Positions 1-8,567 of a stretch of 64,000 bases of DNA are shown here, in pieces. The number at the start of each line of letters is the position of its first letter. Within the stretch, counting starts at the first letter, position 1. Source of the DNA: Bacteroidota bacterium (lineage in GTDB: Bacteria > Bacteroidota > Bacteroidia > Chitinophagales > Chitinophagaceae); the NCBI GenBank assembly GCA_049324295.1, contig JBMOKQ010000043.1, positions 10,746 through 74,745 on the forward strand. The letters are read 5' to 3'. The position numbers and the translations under genes were made by a program. The notes under the pieces were generated by a model. It worked only from the letters and a program-made list of their open reading frames with translations, was not told the DNA's origin and did no database searches.

Positions 1-128
1 AATTGATACAGGCCGCTATACTGCAATTGGGGAAAAATGGATTGAAACAACTCAAAGAAAACCTGCCGGAAGAAATCAGCTATGGTGAAATTAAACTGGT
101 AATTGCCGCAGATATAACCAATGACTGA
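1..128 (+). CDS. 3' end of a gene running in from the left; C-terminal helix-turn-helix (HTH_40-like, as in RecQ/helicase tails)
   Basis: Frame from nt 3 reads LIQAAILQLGKNGLKQLKENLPEEISYGEIKLVIAADITND* (TGA 126-128); LKxLKExLPEEISYGEIKLV resembles HTH_40 tails. Confidence 0.55.
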   Translation, partial: LIQAAILQLGKNGLKQLKENLPEEISYGEIKLVIAADITND

Positions 129-149
129 TTATTTATTAAACCCCGATGA

Positions 150-821
150 ATGCCGCAGAAAAAAATTTCCATATTAATTGCCGACGATCATCTCATTTAT
201 CGTGAAGGATTAAAAATAATGTTGTCGCGTGATCCGAATTTCTGGATAAAAGGAGAAGTGAGTAATGGGAAAGATTTGGTATTACGTGTAAAACAACTGG
301 CGCCTGATATCATTATAACCGATATAAAAATGCCGTTCATGGATGGTATTGAAGCCACCAAAAAATTATGTCGCACTTACCCGGGTATAAGAATTATTGC
401 GCTCAGTTCATTCAGCGATGACTACCTGATCATTGAAATGCTGGAAGCGGGCGCACAAGGATTTTTGGTAAAAGGCATCAGCCAGGAAGAATTAGCAAAA
501 GCCATCAGAACGGTATACCAGCATAAACCTTATTTTTCAATTGAAATCACAGAAAAAATTTCGAGAATCATTGCCGGAAAAAGCAGCGATAAAAAAAGCA
601 TCAGGCATATATCGCTTACCGAAATGGAAAAACAGATTGTAAAGCTGATCTGTAAAGAGTTAACCAACAAAGAAATAGCCTCACGCCTGTCGGTAGGCAA
701 ACGAACCGTAGAAAGCTACCGCATACGTATTATGGATAAACTGGGGGCCAAAAGTGTGGCATCCATTATTACATATGCACTCCGATCGGGTTTAATTAGG
801 GTGGAGAAGCAGTGGCTGTGA
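150..821 (+). CDS. NarL/FixJ family response regulator (REC + LuxR HTH)
   Basis: IADDH, IIITDIKMP phospho-acceptor, GAQGFLVK, C-terminal LTNKEIASRLSVGKRTVESYR LuxR HTH. Confidence 0.93.
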   Translation: MPQKKISILIADDHLIYREGLKIMLSRDPNFWIKGEVSNGKDLVLRVKQLAPDIIITDIKMPFMDGIEATKKLCRTYPGIRIIALSSFSDDYLIIEMLEAGAQGFLVKGISQEELAKAIRTVYQHKPYFSIEITEKISRIIAGKSSDKKSIRHISLTEMEKQIVKLICKELTNKEIASRLSVGKRTVESYRIRIMDKLGAKSVASIITYALRSGLIRVEKQWL

Positions 822-1154
822 TAGCTCTTAGCTTTTAGGAGTTAGCATAGGCTCCGGTTTGTAACGGCACAGTAGCTTGTAAGCAAATATGCATCCAGCC
901 ACTTGCTAAAAGTTAACTGCTAACAGCCATTCTCAAAACCAATAAATTCCTACTATTTGGGGAAGAAAAGCAAGAAATCAGCGATTTGACTAATTTTTAA
1001 CCACTTCGGTGCAACCAATTCTGTTATTTTTGCGCCCTATTGCCATATATTGGCGCAACGAAACGAGAACATGAAATGAGCCACGATAAAATTCGATAAG
1101 ACAGGAAATGTACATTGGCGAATTCCATGTGGCTAAAATCAATGAAACGAACGC

Positions 1155-1895
1155 ATGAAAAAGACATTATTACTACTTTTGGCCTTTACAGGAACCCTGC
1201 TGGCTAACGCTCAAAAGACCGAGACAAAGAAAAAAACAGACTGGAGTAAGATTGACCTTACCGACCGCCCCGCAGACCACCTGATGATACAATACGGTGG
1301 CGACAGCTGGACCAACCGCCCCGACAGTGTTAGAACCGGTAATGGTTTCAGCAGACATTTCAATATCTATTTCATGGTAGATAAGCCCTTTAAGGGCAAT
1401 AAGAAAATGAGTATTGGTTTGGGCGCAGGTTTGGGAACGAGCAATATCTTTTTTAAGAATACCAAAGTAGACTTAAAATCGCCCACCGCCCGTTTACCAT
1501 TTACCAATGTAGACAGTGCCAGTCATTTCAATAAACTGAAACTTACCAGTATTTATCTTGAAATACCACTGGAACTGCGTTATTATTCAAACCCTGAAAA
1601 TCCCGGCAAATCATGGAAAGCAGCCCTGGGTCTGAAACTGGGAACCCTGTTAAAGTCATATACCAAGGGTAAAAACTATGTAAATAAAAACAGGCAGAGC
1701 CTGTATGGCACATCATATGTAGAAAAAGAAAGCAGCAAAAGATTTCTGAATGGAACCATGCTGGCAGCAACGGCAAGAGTAGGGTACGGTATTTTTTCCA
1801 TTGATGCCGGTTACCAGTTGAATGGTGTATTAAAAGATGGAACAGGAGCCACCATGCGTAAGTTTTCGATAGGTGTAACTTTCAGCGGATTATAA
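1155..1895 (+). CDS. Outer-membrane beta-barrel protein (porin/PorT-like family)
   Basis: Signal peptide, amphipathic strands, YLEIPLELRY motif, terminal FSIGVTFSGL; TATTTTTG -7 box at 1025-1032. Confidence 0.75.
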   Translation: MKKTLLLLLAFTGTLLANAQKTETKKKTDWSKIDLTDRPADHLMIQYGGDSWTNRPDSVRTGNGFSRHFNIYFMVDKPFKGNKKMSIGLGAGLGTSNIFFKNTKVDLKSPTARLPFTNVDSASHFNKLKLTSIYLEIPLELRYYSNPENPGKSWKAALGLKLGTLLKSYTKGKNYVNKNRQSLYGTSYVEKESSKRFLNGTMLAATARVGYGIFSIDAGYQLNGVLKDGTGATMRKFSIGVTFSGL

Positions 1896-1915
1896 TTATA
1901 TTGATGATAATAATT

Positions 1916-1955
1916 AACCCCGTCACCTGCTTAACCAGGCAGTGACGGGGTTTTT
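1916..1955 (+). terminator. Intrinsic terminator
   Basis: AACCCCGTCAC...GTGACGGGGTT stem followed by a T-tract, just after the stop at 1895. Confidence 0.85.
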
Positions 1956-2234
1956 GTTGAGAGAACTAATAAAAGTTGACAGGTTATATAATTGCAATTT
2001 TTAAAGAAGTCAAAAAATAGTGTAAGCAAATTATTTTAAATCAGTCCCTGTGGACGGGCCTCATTGGGGTCGGTGTCAAGCGCAGCGAAGACAGATCAGA
2101 TCATCCGCCTCAGGCGGAGATCTGAGCAGAGGCCAATGCAGCCCAGTAACAGGGACGAGGCCCAGCGGCCATGAGCGATAAATGAATTTTAAACAGCTGG
2201 ATATTTGATTTTAATAGTACAATGCGTTAAAGGT

Positions 2235-2242
2235 TACCTTTG
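2235..2242 (+). promoter_or_regulatory. Bacteroidota sigma-A -7 box (TACCTTTG) for hflX
   Basis: Matches TAnnTTTG about 20 nt before the TTG at 2262. Confidence 0.55.
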
Positions 2243-2261
2243 CAAAAAAGAGGATCGGATT

Positions 2262-3449
2262 TTGATAGAGAAACAACATAAAATAAAAGAAGAAGAAAAA
2301 GCGGTACTGGTAGGTCTTATTCAGAAAGAACAAACACAGGAACAGGTATATGAGTACCTCGATGAACTGGCATTTCTTGCTGAAACAGCGGGGGCACAAA
2401 CCGTGAGAAAATTCACCCAGAAACTGCCACATCCCGATAGCAGAACATTTGTTGGAAAAGGGAAACTGGAAGAGATAAAAGAATATGTATCCGGCAAAAA
2501 AATAGACCTGGTTATTTTCGATGATGAACTCACCGGATCACAGATTACCAATATTGAAAAAGAACTGGGTGTAAAAACTATTGACCGGAGCGATTTAATC
2601 CTCGACATATTTGCCCGCAGGGCCAGAACAGCCCAGGCCAAAGTGCAGGTAGAGCTTGCTCAGTACCAATACCTGTTACCAAGATTAAAAGGTATGTGGA
2701 AGCACCTGGAACGCCAGGGAGGTGGTATTGGTACAAGAGGCCCGGGTGAAACGGAGATTGAAACGGATCGCCGAATTGTAAAAGACAAAATATCGCTGCT
2801 CCGAAAAAGACTCGGAGAAATAGATAAACAGTCATTTACCCAGCGAAAAGAAAGGGGAGAATTGATTCGTGTATCGCTGGTGGGTTATACCAATGTAGGT
2901 AAAAGCACGCTGATGAATTTGCTGAGTAAGAGTGAAGTGTTTGCGGAAAATAAACTGTTTGCCACACTCGATACCACTACCAGGAAACTGGTGTTTGAAA
3001 ACACACCATTCCTGTTAAGCGACACTGTAGGTTTTATTCGCAAATTGCCACATCACCTGGTAGAAAGTTTTAAAAGCACATTGGATGAAGTGCGTGAAGC
3101 AGATATTCTATTGCATGTAGTAGATATATCGCATGCACAGTATGAAGACCAGATTGGTGTAGTGAACAAGACCCTGCAGGAGCTGAAAGCTTTTGAGAAA
3201 CCTATTCTTACCATCTTCAATAAAATGGATCTCTACGAAGAGAAAACATTTGATGAATGGCTGGAAGATGAAGTAAAACAGGAAATATTATTAGAGCTAC
3301 GCGAAAAATGGGAAAGAATAACAGAGCATAACTGTGTATTTGTATCTGCTCTTGAAAGAAAAAATATTGATGCATTGCGTGAACTGATACTGAATAAGGT
3401 ACGAGATATGTACCAGATACGATATCCTTACAAGACTGTTCATTTCTAA
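2262..3449 (+). CDS. hflX: Ribosome rescue GTPase HflX
   Basis: GPGETEIETDRR, G1 GYTNVGKS, LFATLDTT, DTVGF, NKMD. The ORF is open from 2205; TTG 2262 is the likelier start. Confidence 0.97.
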   Translation: MIEKQHKIKEEEKAVLVGLIQKEQTQEQVYEYLDELAFLAETAGAQTVRKFTQKLPHPDSRTFVGKGKLEEIKEYVSGKKIDLVIFDDELTGSQITNIEKELGVKTIDRSDLILDIFARRARTAQAKVQVELAQYQYLLPRLKGMWKHLERQGGGIGTRGPGETEIETDRRIVKDKISLLRKRLGEIDKQSFTQRKERGELIRVSLVGYTNVGKSTLMNLLSKSEVFAENKLFATLDTTTRKLVFENTPFLLSDTVGFIRKLPHHLVESFKSTLDEVREADILLHVVDISHAQYEDQIGVVNKTLQELKAFEKPILTIFNKMDLYEEKTFDEWLEDEVKQEILLELREKWERITEHNCVFVSALERKNIDALRELILNKVRDMYQIRYPYKTVHF

Positions 3450-3476
3450 AACCAGTTCAATCGCGCAGTGTAAATA

Positions 3477-4115
3477 TTAGAGTTCTTTCAGCCAGTGAAT
3501 ACTGTAAGTACGATGGCCGCCTGAAACGCCACGCATGTTAAAACCCAGGCTCCATCTTGTTTCCCAGGATTTTCCCATTCTCATACCTGCCCTGAGCACA
3601 GGATCGAAACTATCAAAAGGAACTTTGCCAACAGAAGTATGTACTTTGCTGTAGCTGTATTGATAACCGGCACCTACATAAATACCGAGTGAACGTCTTG
3701 AATCATCAGAAGCTGAGTGTAAACCGATATTCAGATCGGCCACAACTGGTATTTCAAAAGCAATATGCCCTCCTTTTTTACCTGTAATGGTATCGCGTTT
3801 GGCGCCGTCGAAATCAATGGAACGATAGCGGTTGGTAAAACTTATGCCTAACATCATAGGTGAGCCTACACTTACCGAACCCCATCTCCATTTAATCAGG
3901 TCTTTGCGAATGCTGTACACAATACCAATCTGTTTTACACGCATGCTGTATTGTGCATCAATAGCGGAACTATCTGTTCTTAACCTGGCCAGACCACTTA
4001 TATCAACTTTGCTGCCGAGTAAGCCAAAGCCCTGGTCAACCCCACGATTCTGTGAAAAACTACTGATATTGAATACCAATAAGAATATAACGAAACTAAG
4101 TAGCGATTTCTGCAT
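3477..4115 (-). CDS. Hypothetical exported/outer-membrane protein
   Basis: Signal peptide from ATG 4115 (MQKSLLSFVIFLL); beta-strand-rich with terminal aromatic residues; ORF open to 4142. Confidence 0.6.
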   Translation of the reverse strand: MQKSLLSFVIFLLVFNISSFSQNRGVDQGFGLLGSKVDISGLARLRTDSSAIDAQYSMRVKQIGIVYSIRKDLIKWRWGSVSVGSPMMLGISFTNRYRSIDFDGAKRDTITGKKGGHIAFEIPVVADLNIGLHSASDDSRRSLGIYVGAGYQYSYSKVHTSVGKVPFDSFDPVLRAGMRMGKSWETRWSLGFNMRGVSGGHRTYSIHWLKEL

Positions 4116-4174
4116 CTTTATGATTAGATAATGAATACACAAACCTAAGATATTGTAAGAAAAAAATATACTAA

Positions 4175-4504
4175 ATGTTTAAACCGGATAAGCAATGGCA
4201 TAAAATTGGCGAGACAGAAATGGAGTTTCAATGGCAAAATAACCAGATGTGTGTGATAGAAGTGGCCGGTAAAAAAATTACGCTGGCCAGGCACCAGGAA
4301 GGGTTGTATGCATTTGCCTATAAATGTCCGCATGCCAGTGGTATTATGGCCGATGGTTTTGTAGATGCGTTGGGGCAGGTGGTATGCCCATTACACCGGT
4401 ATCGTTTTAACATAAAAAATGGCCGGAACACGAGCGGCGAAGGCTATTACCTGAAAACCTATCCGCTGGAGCAGCGTACAGACGGTATTTACATCTCATT
4501 TTGA
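4175..4504 (+). CDS. Rieske (2Fe-2S) ferredoxin
   Basis: CPH...CPLH Rieske motifs, 109 aa. Confidence 0.92.
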   Translation: MFKPDKQWHKIGETEMEFQWQNNQMCVIEVAGKKITLARHQEGLYAFAYKCPHASGIMADGFVDALGQVVCPLHRYRFNIKNGRNTSGEGYYLKTYPLEQRTDGIYISF

Positions 4505-4577
4505 GCATTTTTTTCGATATAGATTTTGCCGGAATGCAATTTTCCCTATTTTTGCCACCCCGAAAGGGAAACGGTAT

Positions 4578-4653
4578 TCCCAAATAGCTCAGATGCTTGC
4601 CCGCCTAAGGAGGGGTTAGAGCATTCCGCCTCAGGCGGATTAATCAACGGGTC
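4578..4653 (+). pseudogene. Degenerate 5' part of tRNA-Asn with hairpin insertions (copy 1)
   Basis: TCCCAAATAGCTCAG..GGTTAGAGCAT..TTAATCA..GGGTC matches the tRNA at 4679; extra sequence in the D-loop and TCCGCCTCAGGCGGA in the anticodon arm. Confidence 0.75.
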
Positions 4654-4678
4654 AAAAACGAAAGAATACCAGACACAT

Positions 4679-4752
4679 TCCCAAATAGCTCAGTTGGTTA
4701 GAGCATCTGACTGTTAATCAGAGGGTCGCTGGTTCAAGTCCAGCTTTGGGAG
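4679..4752 (+). tRNA. tRNA-Asn (GTT)
   Basis: Cloverleaf: acceptor TCCCAAA/TTTGGGA, D stem GCTC/GAGC, anticodon stem TCTGA/TCAGA with loop CTGTTAA, T arm GCTGG-TTCAAGT-CCAGC; CCA not encoded. Confidence 0.97.
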
Positions 4753-4756
4753 CAGA

Positions 4757-4785
4757 GCCCTTCGCAAAAAAGCGGAGGGTTTTTT
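4757..4785 (+). terminator. Intrinsic terminator after tRNA-Asn
   Basis: GCCCTTCGC-A6-GCGGAGGGT followed by a T-tract. Confidence 0.85.
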
Positions 4786-4836
4786 GTTGGTCGAACAACC
4801 AGCACATACAGTAAAAAACGTAAATTCATCATCAGA

Positions 4837-5151
4837 ATGAGCCGGGTGAAACTACATAATAAGCAAGAACTCTTATCTGCTATCTCTACAAACAGAGAAG
4901 TGATAAAAGCCTATGGAGTAAATCGCCTGGGTATTTTTGGCTCATTCTCAAAAGGAACTCCAACAGCATCAAGTGATGTTGATTTGCTGGTAGATTTTAT
5001 ACCAGAGAAAAAAACATTCGACAATTTTATGGACCTGTCTTTCTTTTTGGAAGAACTATTTGGGAGAAAGGTAGAACTGGTAACTCCCCAGTCGTTAAGC
5101 AAATTTATTGGCCCTTACATTTTAAAAGAGGTAGAAAATGTCGGCCTCTAA
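4837..5151 (+). CDS. MNT-family nucleotidyltransferase antitoxin (MntA-like)
   Basis: GIFGSFSKG...SDVDLLVDF motif, LEELFGRKVELVT; overlaps the downstream HEPN gene. Confidence 0.92.
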   Translation: MSRVKLHNKQELLSAISTNREVIKAYGVNRLGIFGSFSKGTPTASSDVDLLVDFIPEKKTFDNFMDLSFFLEELFGRKVELVTPQSLSKFIGPYILKEVENVGL

Positions 5152-5468
5152 TCTAAAACTGGTTCGTCATATATTGATTGAGACGCGTTTTATATTACAA
5201 CACGTTGATGGTAGAAACAAAAGATGAAGTAATTCATGATGAAGTTTTATGTCGTGCAATAGTCAGAAGCATTGAAGTAATTGGAGAGGCCTCCAAAAAG
5301 ATCGATCAGGAATTTAAGTCCGATCATCCTCATATAGAGTGGAAAAAGATGGCTGGTACCCGTGATAAATTAATTCACGATTATTTTGGAATCGATTATG
5401 ATATTGTTTGGGATATCATTGAAAATAAGATACCAGACCTTGATCATTTTCTTAAACAACTGGTGTAG
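5138..5468 (+). pseudogene. HepT/DUF86 HEPN ribonuclease toxin, apparently split by a +1 frameshift
   Basis: ATG 5138 frame MSASNLKLVRHILIETRFILQHVDG stops at about 5226; the RSIEVIGEA...RDKLIHDYFG (RX4H) body is in another frame; joining needs a one-base deletion near 5210-5222. Confidence 0.75.
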
Positions 5469-5493
5469 TTGGCTTTCTTTTCATATCCAATTA

Positions 5494-5590
5494 CAAATAG
5501 CTCAGTTGCCTGTCTGCTGAAGGAAGGGTTAGAGCATTCCGCTTGAGGCGGATAAATCAGCGGGTTGCTGGTCAAGTCCAGCTTTCGGAG
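5494..5590 (+). pseudogene. Near full-length degenerate tRNA-Asn with hairpin insertions (copy 2)
   Basis: CAAATAGCTCAGTT[insert]GGTTAGAGCAT[TCCGCTTGAGGCGGA]TAAATCAGCGGGTTGCTGGTCAAGTCCAGCTTTCGGAG, followed by a decayed copy of the tRNA terminator. Confidence 0.8.
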
Positions 5591-5678
5591 CGAAACCCTT
5601 CACAGGAATGTGAAGTATTCTTTGTCAGTCAAGTGACTACATGTATTCGGAAGAAAATCAACTTAGATAAAAGAGGGG

Positions 5679-5859
5679 GTATCCTTCGTCGCAGATAATA
5701 ACCTGCGGTTATTAATGCTCCTCAGGATGACTAGAACACACACAAGAAACCAGTGGTGATGATTGGCATAGCCAATCATCACCACTAATAATTCCCCGCA
5801 TTAAATGGTCATCCTGAGGAGTATTCTGATCGCAGATCAGAAATTACGACGAAGGATAC
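5679..5859. repeat. Inverted pair of ~52-bp REP-like elements (5679-5731, 5808-5859) around a perfect 16-bp-stem palindrome (5752-5786)
   Basis: GTCATCCTGAGGAG...CGACGAAGGATAC in opposite orientations, each with an internal hairpin; AGTGGTGATGATTGGC-ATA-GCCAATCATCACCACT between them. Confidence 0.85.
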
Positions 5860-5923
5860 GCCTCAGCTTGTAACTACGCCTCGTTCGCAGTACGTTATGA
5901 TAGTTTTGTAATAAACTTATTTT

Positions 5924-6205
5924 ATGTACAAGCACGGCTATGTTTACATACTAACCAATGTCTCCAAAACCATGTTATATGTGGGCGTTACGTCGAACCT
6001 AACGCAGAGAATATGGCAGCATAAACAGAAAATTTACCCCAACTGTTTTACCACTAAATTTAATATTCATCTATTGGTTTACTGCGAAGTGCATACCAGC
6101 ATTGGAGATGCTATTAAAAGAGAAAAAGAAATTAAAGGGTGGAAACGAAGTAAAAAGAATGCGCTGATACAAACAAAGAACCCTAAGTGGGAGACTTTAC
6201 AATAG
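5924..6205 (+). CDS. Stand-alone GIY-YIG nuclease family protein
   Basis: GYVYILTN...LYVGVT, R-x-x-QH, AIKREKEIKGWKRSKK; 93 aa. Confidence 0.93.
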   Translation: MYKHGYVYILTNVSKTMLYVGVTSNLTQRIWQHKQKIYPNCFTTKFNIHLLVYCEVHTSIGDAIKREKEIKGWKRSKKNALIQTKNPKWETLQ

Positions 6206-6255
6206 CTATTCCGCCTTAGGCGGATTAATCAGAGGGTCGCTGGTTCAAGTCCAGC
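6201..6255 (+). pseudogene. 3' half of tRNA-Asn preceded by the 15-nt hairpin (copy 3)
   Basis: TCCGCCTTAGGCGGA (6210-6224), then a 31-nt exact match TTAATCAGAGGGTCGCTGGTTCAAGTCCAGC to the tRNA. Confidence 0.8.
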
Positions 6256-6274
6256 ACACAGCTCAAAGGTTGCT

Positions 6275-7075
6275 CTACACAGCCGCCAATATTCTGGCTG
6301 TAGAAGCATATTTAACCGGCTCTATTTCTCCGAGTATGCCCGGTTCTCCCATTTGAATACCTATTGCACCAATGCATGTAATATTTGCTTCCTGCAGGAG
6401 TGGCTGTTGCTGTAGTTTAATGATCATACTATGCGCAGGCATTTTTCTGCCCGACATCATCCAGTCACCAAAAACGGCAGTGCAGGGTAAGGGCAGTATT
6501 TGGTATTGGTTTTTGTATCCCTGTTCTGTGTAATGCAGATCTTCAATAACTCCCAGACTAATGATAAACCTGAAATAGGGTTTGTTCCAGGGTTGCGTAA
6601 AATTTAATCCGGGTGCCAACTCCCCAAAATGTACATGCATTTCAGCTTTCTCTCTCAACAATTGGGCGGTGGGTCTTTGTTTGAATACCGAATCAAAGAG
6701 CTGTTGTTTGGTAAATGCCAGTGAAGTAAGTGCATCTCTGTATTGCGAAAAAAGTATAGAACGCTGTCCGTGTGGATATACCGTATCTTGTTTTTGGATG
6801 GCTTTGCAAAACCTGTTCAATACAGGTGTCATGTTGTAATCGGCTAACTGCATAATATTGGGTAATGCAGATCGTATCATTTTGCCGGCATGCGCACAAC
6901 CTGCAAATTCTGCACTGTTGCGTCGCATAGCTGCATATTGCGGCTCGTTTTTAAAAGCTCCTTTTGCAATAAAGGGTTTGCGACGAAGAATTACTTTATC
7001 ACTGTTCCTCATTTTATAAGCCACCCATTCATCTAATTTGCCGGTGAATTGAATGGGACCATTAAGTATAGCCAT
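6275..7075 (-). CDS. Hypothetical protein
   Basis: 266-aa ORF with ATG start and normal composition; no recognisable catalytic motif. Confidence 0.7.
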   Translation of the reverse strand: MAILNGPIQFTGKLDEWVAYKMRNSDKVILRRKPFIAKGAFKNEPQYAAMRRNSAEFAGCAHAGKMIRSALPNIMQLADYNMTPVLNRFCKAIQKQDTVYPHGQRSILFSQYRDALTSLAFTKQQLFDSVFKQRPTAQLLREKAEMHVHFGELAPGLNFTQPWNKPYFRFIISLGVIEDLHYTEQGYKNQYQILPLPCTAVFGDWMMSGRKMPAHSMIIKLQQQPLLQEANITCIGAIGIQMGEPGILGEIEPVKYASTARILAAV

Positions 7076-7460
7076 AGCGTAGATTTATGGACTATAAGAT
7101 ATGAAAATATTCTTTCATATACAAGACATTTCTTATATTATTTTGAGGTATAGTTATCGCATTCCTTATAAGATATGCCGAAACAATGCCGCATCAATGC
7201 GGGATTAATGCGACAACTATGCGTGAACTACCTGAACAGAAGCGGGCAACCGGCCAACAATAAACAGTGTCTTGTACTGAAAAAACTTTACAGAAGGTGT
7301 CGTACGGGTTTTACTTTACAGAAAAAAGAATACATCACGGAACAATCAACTTGAAAGGGTAGTTGCAAAACACTGTAGCCGCCTCACCTGTTTAGTAATT
7401 GATTTTCAACATCAATCACAGCAACAACATAACTGTATACCAGATGTTTGGGAGCGATAA

Positions 7461-7500
7461 AAAGAAGCCTTGTAAAAAGTTTCATTTACAAGGCTTCTTT
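7461..7500. terminator. Probable bidirectional terminator after higA
   Basis: AAAGAAGCCTTGTAAA / TTTACAAGGCTTCTTT perfect inverted repeat with A and T tracts. Confidence 0.8.
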
Positions 7501-7535
7501 TTTCACTCCTACTAAATTCCTGAACTCAAACGCTG

Positions 7536-7892
7536 TTATGCTAACAGCACTTCCGCAGGAATACTTAATTCCTTATGAAACAACTTTGCAAGCTCCAGCG
7601 TGAGCGGCTTACGCTTGTTAAGCAATGCAGAAACATATCCTTTGCTACCAACTTTTCCAACTAAATCTTTGTTCTTTAAACCCAGATCCTGCATCTTCAG
7701 TTTAATTACCTCTATAGGATCGGGCACAGGCACAGGATAATGAACATCCTCATATTGTTTTATCAGCAAAAGTGCTACCTGAACTTTCTCGCCTTCTGCA
7801 CTGCCAGGCTTAATGCGCTTATCAAATTGATTGTCAACCCAATCAAGGTATTCCTGGTATTGCTTTTTTGTTTTTATTATTTTAAGTTCCAT
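7536..7892 (-). CDS. higA: HigA-type HTH antitoxin
   Basis: IKTKKQY...LLIKQYEDVHYP...PDPIEVIKLKM + XRE HTH (GSKGYVSALLNKRKPLTL). Confidence 0.9.
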   Translation of the reverse strand: MELKIIKTKKQYQEYLDWVDNQFDKRIKPGSAEGEKVQVALLLIKQYEDVHYPVPVPDPIEVIKLKMQDLGLKNKDLVGKVGSKGYVSALLNKRKPLTLELAKLFHKELSIPAEVLLA

Positions 7893-7894
7893 GG

Positions 7895-8206
7895 TTATTT
7901 CTTTTTAAACGGAATCATTTTAACATCAATCTTATCGTATTCAGCATGTGTTCCAAACCATTTTATCTGAATAGCCTTATAATCAAACAGCATTCTTACA
8001 ACCAATCTGTATTTATTACCCATAATATTGAAGACGATTCTGTCATCTCCTATAAGGCTTGCATTACCGTATATTTTTTTTAACTCATTAAAGTTTTTAA
8101 AATCAGCTTTCACCAGTTCATGATACCACTCCTGCAATGCTGTTGCAGCAGCCGGGTATTTGCTGCAGTAATCCAATAAGGTTTTTCTGGTGATGATATT
8201 AAACAC
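7895..8206 (-). CDS. higB: HigB-family type II toxin (mRNA interferase)
   Basis: NIITRKTL..Y..LQEWY...IVFNIMGNKYRLVV...WFGTHAEYDKI. Confidence 0.92.
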   Translation of the reverse strand: MFNIITRKTLLDYCSKYPAAATALQEWYHELVKADFKNFNELKKIYGNASLIGDDRIVFNIMGNKYRLVVRMLFDYKAIQIKWFGTHAEYDKIDVKMIPFKKK

Positions 8207-8361
8207 CGAACAAAGATAATAAAAAGTTTGCTAATAGAAAACATTTTTAATGCCTCTTGACAAAGAACTAAGTTTATAAATAACCCTCAGATGCTCAATA
8301 ATCTGGTTCAACGCCATCTTACCTGGGGAGTGAACAAACCCATCACAGCAATGTTAATAAC

Positions 8362-8390
8362 AAAAAACCCCGACTATTTGTCGAGGTCTT
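8362..8390 (-). terminator. Intrinsic terminator for the 9208-8568 unit
   Basis: Minus strand reads AAGACCTCGAC-AAATA-GTCGGGGTT-TTTT. Confidence 0.65.
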
Positions 8391-8567
8391 ATTTGAGGAA
8401 AGCCAATGGATCAAAAGCTGTAAAGGGCTAAAATATCCCCCGGTATTAACCATTTACAAATAGCTTAATGATTATTAGCGGTAAAAAGAAAATTCAGTTT
8501 AGTTAAATCCTATGCTTCCATTACTAAAACAGTAGTCTAAACTGTGCATCAAGTAATCAGCATCTAC

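Noticed and set aside
4526-4717. 63-aa ORF over the tRNA region
   Set aside because: Overlaps the tRNA and its degenerate copy.
4578-6255. CRISPR array interpretation of the repeated tRNA-like units
   Set aside because: The repeats are tRNA-derived, unequal in length and separated by whole genes; no cas genes are present.
7150-7230. ATGC-rich short repeats upstream of the 6275-7075 gene
   Set aside because: Low-complexity and irregular; no testable structure.
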